Assembly: GCA_036507075.1 (NCBI GenBank)
Contig: DASXQR010000184.1
Coordinates: 1 to 13,325, forward strand
Direction: 5' to 3'
DNA from: Acidobacteriota bacterium
GTDB lineage: Bacteria; Acidobacteriota; UBA6911; JACQSX01
DNA: 13,325 bases
The translations under genes and the position numbers were made by a program. Below the pieces are notes generated by a model, which saw only the letters and a list, made by a program, of their open reading frames with translations, searched no databases and had not been told where the DNA came from. Position 1 is the first letter of the stretch. Each line of letters starts with the position of its first letter. Shown piece after piece: positions 7,495-13,325 of the stretch.

Positions 7495-7587
7495 GTGGAG
7501 AGACGGCCCGATGGCCGTCTCGGGCGGAGTCGACGGCAGGGCAATTCCACGACATTCCCTGAGACGTCCCTCAGGACGTCTCTCCGC
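7495..7587. repeat. Inverted REP-like doublet (REPIN-like), GYGGA foot plus GAGACGKCC hairpin
   Basis: 7495-7521 reads GTGGA-GAGACGGCC-cgat-GGCCGTCTC. 7561-7587 read on the minus strand is GCGGA-GAGACGTCC-tgag-GGACGTCTC. Confidence 0.85.
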
Positions 7588-7639
7588 GCAGCGAGCCGCG
7601 CACGGTCCAGAGGATCTCGAAATTAATTTCTTAAATCGA

Positions 7640-10060
7640 ATGCATCAGCCGGCCTCTTCACCGCACACGCGCGATCTTGCGTTTGGCATTTTCTTCATCT
7701 CTTTGGCTTCTCTTGCGTTGGAAATCACGTTAACCAGGATTCTGAGTGTCATTACCTGGTATTACCTGGCCTATTTTGCCGTGTCTCTTGCCATGCTGGG
7801 CATGACAGCCGGAGCGGTAGCGGTTTATCTGAACAAGGCGTGGTCCGACCCTGCACGGTTCGAAAGGAGACTGGCGGTAAACGCCATTGCCTTCGCCTGG
7901 ATCACACCGGTAGCCCTGTTGCTGCTCTGCTGGATTCCTCTCAGATCCCCTTCGATCGACCTGCTTTCCCACATCAGCCCGTTGTCTTCACTGCTGCTGG
8001 TCAGCGCTTCCTGTGCGCTGCCGTTCTATTTTTCGGGAGTGGCGGTAACGGCCGTTTTGACTCGATCCGCGGCTCCCGTCTCGAAACTCTACGGCGCAGA
8101 CCTGGTGGGAGCGGCCGTGGCGTGCCTCTTCGTCCTGTCGGGCCTGAACCTGATGGATGCGCCCTCGCTGGTTCTGGCCTGCGCGGCGTTCGGCGGCATT
8201 GCGGCATTCTTTTTTTGCCGTACCACGGGCCCGACAATACTTCGCGCAGCTTCGCTGGCGAGCTTTCTCCTGGTCCTCGCGGCGAGCGTGGTGAATGCCC
8301 TCAGGCCCGAGATCAGACCGAGATTTGTGAAGGATCAATATGAAAATCCCCGGACGTACGCCCTGGAAAAATGGAACACTTTATCCAAAGTAGGGGTGAC
8401 AAATGTCCTCACCGATATCCCTCAATACTGGGGGAAAAGTCCGAAGGCCCCGCTTACTCCGGTACGCCAGCGATGGTTGAACATCGATGGAAACGCGGGC
8501 ACCAATTTGCGGCAGTTTTCCCGGCTGGAGGACATCGAGCACCTTCGCTATGACGTCACTTCAGCAGCCTATTACATCGCTCCTCCGGGCCGAGCCGGGA
8601 TTATCGGGGTGGGCGGCGCCAAAGATATTCAGTGTGCCATTGTGTTCCATCACTCGCCGGTAATCGGCATCGATGTAAACCCGATCTTTATTCAGCTCCT
8701 GAGGCGGCAGTTCGCCGACTTTGGCGGTGTGGCCGCGAGAAAGGACGTAATACTGGTGGTGGATGAGGGCAGAAGTTACTTCAGCCGATCTGAAGATCAT
8801 TTCTCCATCATACAGATGGCGCTGGTCGACACCTGGGCGGCAACCGGGGCAGGGGCTTTCACACTCTCTGAGAACGCGCTCTATACCACAGACGCATGGA
8901 AGATTTTTTATCAGCGACTGGCCGATGGCGGAATCCTTACAGTCTCCCGCTGGTTTAATCCCAACGACCCAAGCGAAACAGGAAGGATATTGAGCCTGGC
9001 TGTTGCCACTCTGCTGGACGTGGGCGTAAAAGAACCGAGACAGCATATCGCTCTAATCAGTGTCGAGAACATCGCCACCTTGCTGCTCAGTCGCAGTCCG
9101 CTCGATGCGAAACAGATTGCCCGGCTGCGACAAGTCACCCGGGAATTGGAGTTCCAACCGATTATCATGCCCGACGAAATCTCACCGGTCCCGCTTCTTG
9201 CCCGGATCGCCGGCGCGCGCAGCCGGGAGGAATTGGAGAGCGTCGCTGCGCAGTCTCCGTTGAATATTTCGCCGCCGGGAGACGAGAAGCCTTATTTTTT
9301 CAATATGCTCCGCCTCAAGCACATCGGCTATGTGATGAAACACGGCATGGGCATTGCGAGCGGAAATCTGGTGGCGACGGTCTTTCTTGCAGGATTGATC
9401 GCGGTGCTGCTGCTCCTGCTGCTAGCCGTAGTGCTGCTGCCGTTGATCTTGAAATACCGGGGATCGCTGGCATCGGTGGTCAGGAGTCCAGGCTTTGTGC
9501 CGGGCGCTCTGTATTTTTCACTCATTGGCGCCGGGTTTATGTTTATCGAAATCGGCGTAATGCAGAGGATGAGCATCTTCCTTGGCCATCCGGTTTATGC
9601 CCTGGTTGTGCTGTTACTGACCATTACGCTCAGCAGCGGATGCGGCAGCCTTGCCAGCGATTATTTGCCAAAGACTCGAAGGTTGTTTTTTTGCTACCCG
9701 ATCGTAATCGGGGCGGGAATTCTGCTGTTCCGACTTATCTTGAATTACCTGCATGCATTCGCCATCGGTTATCCGCAATCGCTCAAAGTGCTCATTACAA
9801 TTGCAAGTCTCTTTCCGCTGGGAATGGCTATGGGAATGTGTTTCCCGCTCGGCATGTACCTGGTGCGCCGGCACCAGGATACGCAGACTCCGTGGTATTG
9901 GGGGCTGAACGGGATTTTCAGCGTGCTGGCTTCGACACTTGCTATCTTCACCTCGATTTATTTCGGGATCTCGACAACGTTCTACCTGGCCGCTGGATGC
10001 TATCTCAGCCTTCTGGCGTGCAATGTGAAGTTGGTGAAGGGGAGTTATGAAGGGTTATGA
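7640..10060 (+). CDS. Polytopic membrane protein with central spermidine-synthase-like class I SAM-binding domain (function unknown)
   Basis: N- and C-terminal multi-TM blocks (LALEITLTRILSV, LYGADLVGAA, FMFIEIGVMQR, WGLNGIFSVLAS) flank a soluble domain with IIGVGGAKD, IDVNP, VDEGRSY and DTWAATGAGAFTLSENALYT. Start placed at ATG 7640 because the ORF-track extension to 7376 runs through repeats. Confidence 0.8.
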   Translation: MHQPASSPHTRDLAFGIFFISLASLALEITLTRILSVITWYYLAYFAVSLAMLGMTAGAVAVYLNKAWSDPARFERRLAVNAIAFAWITPVALLLLCWIPLRSPSIDLLSHISPLSSLLLVSASCALPFYFSGVAVTAVLTRSAAPVSKLYGADLVGAAVACLFVLSGLNLMDAPSLVLACAAFGGIAAFFFCRTTGPTILRAASLASFLLVLAASVVNALRPEIRPRFVKDQYENPRTYALEKWNTLSKVGVTNVLTDIPQYWGKSPKAPLTPVRQRWLNIDGNAGTNLRQFSRLEDIEHLRYDVTSAAYYIAPPGRAGIIGVGGAKDIQCAIVFHHSPVIGIDVNPIFIQLLRRQFADFGGVAARKDVILVVDEGRSYFSRSEDHFSIIQMALVDTWAATGAGAFTLSENALYTTDAWKIFYQRLADGGILTVSRWFNPNDPSETGRILSLAVATLLDVGVKEPRQHIALISVENIATLLLSRSPLDAKQIARLRQVTRELEFQPIIMPDEISPVPLLARIAGARSREELESVAAQSPLNISPPGDEKPYFFNMLRLKHIGYVMKHGMGIASGNLVATVFLAGLIAVLLLLLLAVVLLPLILKYRGSLASVVRSPGFVPGALYFSLIGAGFMFIEIGVMQRMSIFLGHPVYALVVLLLTITLSSGCGSLASDYLPKTRRLFFCYPIVIGAGILLFRLILNYLHAFAIGYPQSLKVLITIASLFPLGMAMGMCFPLGMYLVRRHQDTQTPWYWGLNGIFSVLASTLAIFTSIYFGISTTFYLAAGCYLSLLACNVKLVKGSYEGL

Positions 10061-10260
10061 AGGGGTATGAGGGGGACGATTTATTGGCTTGGTGTCTTGG
10101 TGGTTCAGTTTTTTTTGACCACCAAGGCACCAAGCTACTGAACTTCGCTTTCCTCCCATTTTCATAATCCCTCGTAATCCTTCCTTCCCCTTCCGCCCCT
10201 TCATAACCCTTCCGTCCCCTTCATAACCCTTCATGACCCTTACTTCCCCTTCATAACCCC
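10044..10260. repeat. Facing 10-mer tandem arrays (TTATGAAGGG / CCCTTCATAA) overlapping both flanking stop codons
   Basis: 10044-10075 is GTTATGAAGG GTTATGAAGG GGTATGAGGG GG. 10161-10260 has about ten 10-bp-period units including TCATAACCCT, TCCGTCCCCT, TCATGACCCT and TACTTCCCCT. Confidence 0.9.
10086..10136. repeat. 51-bp hairpin element (CACCAAG family), copy 2, inverted relative to copy 1
   Basis: GGCTTGGTGTCTTGGTGGT-tcagttttttttg-ACCACCAAGGCACCAAGCT is 46/51 identical to the reverse complement of 3026-3076 by manual alignment. Confidence 0.93.
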
Positions 10261-11553
10261 GACTCCCTTCAGAATCTCCAGACATTCGATCATTGCCCGG
10301 CCGTTGTGATATCCGGCCTTCCAGATGTGCGCTTTGTCTCCTTGTGGGCGACCATCAGGCGTAATGTTGGCGTGCCACTCTCCGTTCTTCCAGTCAACCT
10401 GATACTGCTCGATGAAGCCGTAACTCTTTTCAAAGACGTCGCGGTATTTTCGCTCTCCGGTAAGCCGATACATGTAGAGCGCGCTCACGATGGCCTCGGC
10501 TTCCACCCACCAGATCTTGTTGAGACGATCGGCAGGCTGATTGAACGGCCCGCTGTCATAGAATCCCCCTTTTTGCGAATCGTATCCGTATTTGAGGGAG
10601 TAATCGAACAGCGTGCGGTATAAATCGACAAAAGGATGGGTGGGAATGCCTGCCGCCCGGCAGGCATCTATCAACAACCAGATGTTTTCCAGGTCATGTC
10701 CGTAAGAAACCCGGGCGAATTCGGGATCTAAGCGCGGGGTCCAGTCTTGCTCGTACTTGTCAGTGCACGCCCCCAGGGTTTTTCTTACCACTGTATTGCT
10801 CTCGATGTTGATCAGCTCGAGCAGACGCTCCCGAGCCAGTGGGAGCCGGCTGGCACGGTAGAAGGTGGTCATTGCCTCGAGAAGATGCAGGTGTGTGTTC
10901 ATCAGCTTGAAACCCGACTGTCCGGGACGGGTCATGTAAGAGGCTTCATCGGAAGGCGGAGGCGTCCAATCCTCGTTGAAGAATTCAACGTATCCACCGT
11001 AGTTGCTGTCATGCGATTTGGTCTCGAGGAGATTGAAGAAACGAACGGCGAAATCCAGGACGTCCTTCCTCTTGCTGGCCAGATAAAATTCTGAAAGAGC
11101 ATAAAGCCCGAAGGATTGCCCGTAGAGATGCTTCCTCGGCTTCATCTTCTGGTCGCCACCGGCGTCCACTTCCCAGTAGAATCCTCCGTTCTTGTGATCC
11201 CACATTTTGTCTCGAAGAAAGCGATAGCCAAGATCGGCAGCCTCGAGATATTCCTTGCCGCCATAGCCGGCGCGATACATTCTCGAGAAGAGCCACACAG
11301 TCCGGGCTTGCGTCACAATCATCTTGGTGCCGTCGCCTTTGGCCTCTCCCTGTGGACCGAAGTTGATGATGTAACCGCCGTTTTTTCGGTCCAGGCTCTT
11401 CGTCAACCAGAATGGAGCAATGTTCTCTTTCAGGTTCCTTTCGAGCCGGGGGATGCAGGTTTTGGCAAGGTCCTGAAGGTTCTGCCCAGAAAGGCTGGAA
11501 TCAAAGAATACGAAGATAATCAGAAGCCGTGCGAATTTTGGTAAGTGTCCCAT
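10240..11553 (-). CDS. AGE-family epimerase (cellobiose 2-epimerase / N-acylglucosamine 2-epimerase-like) with putative signal peptide
   Basis: Motifs NIAPFW...DRKNGGY, QARTVWLFS, KHLYGQSFGLYAL, MNTHLHLLEA, SYGHDLE, WWVEAE and WKAGYHNGRA. Start placed at ATG 11553 because the ORF-track extension to 11817 is translated repeat. Confidence 0.88.
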   Translation of the reverse strand: MGHLPKFARLLIIFVFFDSSLSGQNLQDLAKTCIPRLERNLKENIAPFWLTKSLDRKNGGYIINFGPQGEAKGDGTKMIVTQARTVWLFSRMYRAGYGGKEYLEAADLGYRFLRDKMWDHKNGGFYWEVDAGGDQKMKPRKHLYGQSFGLYALSEFYLASKRKDVLDFAVRFFNLLETKSHDSNYGGYVEFFNEDWTPPPSDEASYMTRPGQSGFKLMNTHLHLLEAMTTFYRASRLPLARERLLELINIESNTVVRKTLGACTDKYEQDWTPRLDPEFARVSYGHDLENIWLLIDACRAAGIPTHPFVDLYRTLFDYSLKYGYDSQKGGFYDSGPFNQPADRLNKIWWVEAEAIVSALYMYRLTGERKYRDVFEKSYGFIEQYQVDWKNGEWHANITPDGRPQGDKAHIWKAGYHNGRAMIECLEILKGVGVMKGK

Positions 11554-11581
11554 ATTTGTCCAGTTTGCCAGCGGCGTTGGC

Positions 11582-11806
11582 GGCACGCGAAGCACAGAGC
11601 CACGTCCCGCAAGGGCGTGGCGGAAGCATGGTAAGTCGGCTTGACATTCACCTGAATCTGCCGCCACGCCCGTATGAGGCGTCTGACAGACCGCGGGCCA
11701 GGCTCCCTCAGCCAAGCAATAAGGACCGAAACAGCCGGCCGGGTCGGAGGCGGCTGCATAGGTTCCGCCACGCCCTTGCGGGACGTGGCTCTGTGCTTCG
11801 CGTGCC
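11582..11806. mobile_element. 225-bp non-autonomous MITE/REPIN-like element with perfect 44-bp inverted termini
   Basis: 11582-11625 GGCACGCGAAGCACAGAGCCACGTCCCGCAAGGGCGTGGCGGAA is the exact reverse complement of 11763-11806, with a 137-bp interior. No target-site duplication is seen, and mobility is inferred. Confidence 0.7.
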
Positions 11807-11879
11807 CCGGTTTTCAAGACGTGGTGAAGTCCTTTTCATGATAGCAGCCAAACTAAGCTCTTGTTTGATGCCAGCCGAC

Positions 11880-13322
11880 TCAGATTTTTTGCTGTTTCCA
11901 TTTTCCCCGCCGGAACAGAATCACACTCACGACGGCTACCAGCGCGGCGGTAATCGGTATCGCTAAAAATACTCCCCGCGGACCCAGTTTTGCGGTGAAG
12001 GCAAGCGCGTAGGCCAGTGGAATCTGCACCAGCCAGTAACAAAACAGATTGATGAGCGTCGGGGTTGCAGTGTCCCCCGCTCCATTGAACGCCTGAACCA
12101 TCACCATTCCGTAGGCATAGAACAGGTAGCCGTAGCTCAAATATCGCAGGCAGCTCACGCCGTACGGAACGATTGCCGCGTCGCGCGTGAACAAACCTAT
12201 TACGGGCTCGGCAAAAAATATGAATACAAGGGCGATGCCCGCCAAAAAGCACATATTTGCGAGTCCCGCCAGCCACACCGCCTTCTCGGCGCGCGCAGGC
12301 TTGCCGGCTCCCAGGTTCTGTCCCACCATGGTGGCGGCGGCGCCCGCCATTCCCCACGACGGCAGAATCGTAAAGTAAATTACCCTTACCGCAATGGTGT
12401 AACCCGCTACCGCCGTTCCGCCGAAAGAAGAAATAATCCGGACCAGCCCCATCCAGCTCGCCGTGGAGATCAGGAACTGCACTATTCCACCAATCGATAC
12501 CCGCACCAGGCGCGCCATTATGTGGAGATCCAGTCTGAGTTGCTTTCTTCCCACCTTGATGCGGCCAGTTCCGCGAGCTAACAGGAACAGCTGAAAAAGC
12601 ACTCCGGTGCCTCGTCCAATGCTGGTAGCAACCGCTGCTCCCGTCACGCCCAGTTGGGGAAAGGGGCCAAGGCCGAAAATAAAACAAGGGTCCAGAACAA
12701 TGTTGATGAAATTGGCCAGCCAGAGCACTCGCATGGCGATTGACGCATCGCCGGCTCCGCGAAACACTCCGTTCATAAGGAAGAGCAGAACGATCACCAT
12801 GTTTGTCCCGAGCATGATGGAAGTGAAGCCCGATCCTGTTTGAATAATCGCCGGCGACGCGCCCATCAGTCTTAAAAGCGCAGGTCCAAAGAAGTAACCA
12901 GACAACGCGATCGGCACGGAAATCACGATTCCCAGTGCAACCGCCTGCACGGCGGTGACGGAAGCCGCCTCGGGATCTTTCTCTCCAATTCGACGGGCCA
13001 CCATCGCGGTTGTGGACATGCAGAGGCCGAGAGCCATGGCATAGATCAGAATTAACATCGACTCGGTCAACCCCACGGTCGCGACGGCGTCGGCACCCAG
13101 GCGCGCCACGAAAAAGACATCGCAGACGACAAAGAGCGATTCCAGCGACATCTCGAGCACCATGGGTACCGATAGAAGAAGGATTCCCCGACCGATGCTC
13201 CCTTCTGTGAAATCCTGCTGCGTGCCTACAACCGCTTCTCTTAGATCGGACCAAAGCGAGACCAATCTTCCGCGGCGAGGCGGAGGCAGAGGCAATGAGT
13301 TGACAGATGCAGAGTCGTTCAT
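11880..13322 (-). CDS. MATE family efflux transporter
   Basis: About 12 TM helices, with motifs DFTEGSI, LSVPMVLEM, DVFFVARLGADAVATVG, FRGAGDA, NIVLDPCFIFG, GVTGAAVAT, VGQNLGAG and FNGAGDT. The frame is open to the window edge, so the start could lie slightly further upstream. Confidence 0.92.
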   Translation of the reverse strand: MNDSASVNSLPLPPPRRGRLVSLWSDLREAVVGTQQDFTEGSIGRGILLLSVPMVLEMSLESLFVVCDVFFVARLGADAVATVGLTESMLILIYAMALGLCMSTTAMVARRIGEKDPEAASVTAVQAVALGIVISVPIALSGYFFGPALLRLMGASPAIIQTGSGFTSIMLGTNMVIVLLFLMNGVFRGAGDASIAMRVLWLANFINIVLDPCFIFGLGPFPQLGVTGAAVATSIGRGTGVLFQLFLLARGTGRIKVGRKQLRLDLHIMARLVRVSIGGIVQFLISTASWMGLVRIISSFGGTAVAGYTIAVRVIYFTILPSWGMAGAAATMVGQNLGAGKPARAEKAVWLAGLANMCFLAGIALVFIFFAEPVIGLFTRDAAIVPYGVSCLRYLSYGYLFYAYGMVMVQAFNGAGDTATPTLINLFCYWLVQIPLAYALAFTAKLGPRGVFLAIPITAALVAVVSVILFRRGKWKQQKI

Positions 13323-13325
13323 GAG

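Noticed and set aside
7376..7639. 88-aa N-terminal extension of the membrane protein ORF
   Set aside because: It runs through REP-like palindromes and overlaps the predicted mmsA promoter, and it is Arg-rich and low in information.
11641..11646. Perfect TTGACA hexamer inside the 225-bp element
   Set aside because: There is no -10 element at 16-18 bp spacing, and it points antisense to the flanking genes.
11554..11817. 88-aa N-terminal extension of the epimerase ORF and the mirrored 11529-11966 ORF
   Set aside because: Both contain AREAQSHVPQGRGG because they translate the two arms of the 44-bp inverted repeat.
11836..13254. 472-aa alternative-frame ORF overlapping the MATE gene
   Set aside because: It is an Arg/Gly-rich off-frame product of GC3 bias. 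The MATE frame is complete and needs no frameshift.

Overview
GC-rich bacterial window with eight protein genes. The left 7.3 kb is a reductive pyrimidine catabolism cluster. A PreA-like dihydropyrimidine dehydrogenase FMN subunit (+) converges on a minus-strand run of (methyl)malonate-semialdehyde dehydrogenase, beta-ureidopropionase, dihydropyrimidinase and a class III aminotransferase, consistent with uracil to beta-alanine to acetyl-CoA. The right part has a large membrane protein with a spermidine-synthase-like SAM-binding domain (+), a cellobiose 2-epimerase-like AGE-family enzyme with an apparent signal peptide (-) and a MATE transporter (-). The most striking signal is non-coding: all eight intergenic spacers carry inverted-pair repeat elements. 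One class is facing arrays of 7-, 8- or 10-bp tandem units and the other is REP-like hairpin doublets. Some elements are nested, one recurs 7 kb away, and one supplies the stop codons of two genes. No transposase, RNA gene or CRISPR array is visible. The PreA-like protein also lacks the usual C-terminal [4Fe-4S] domain.
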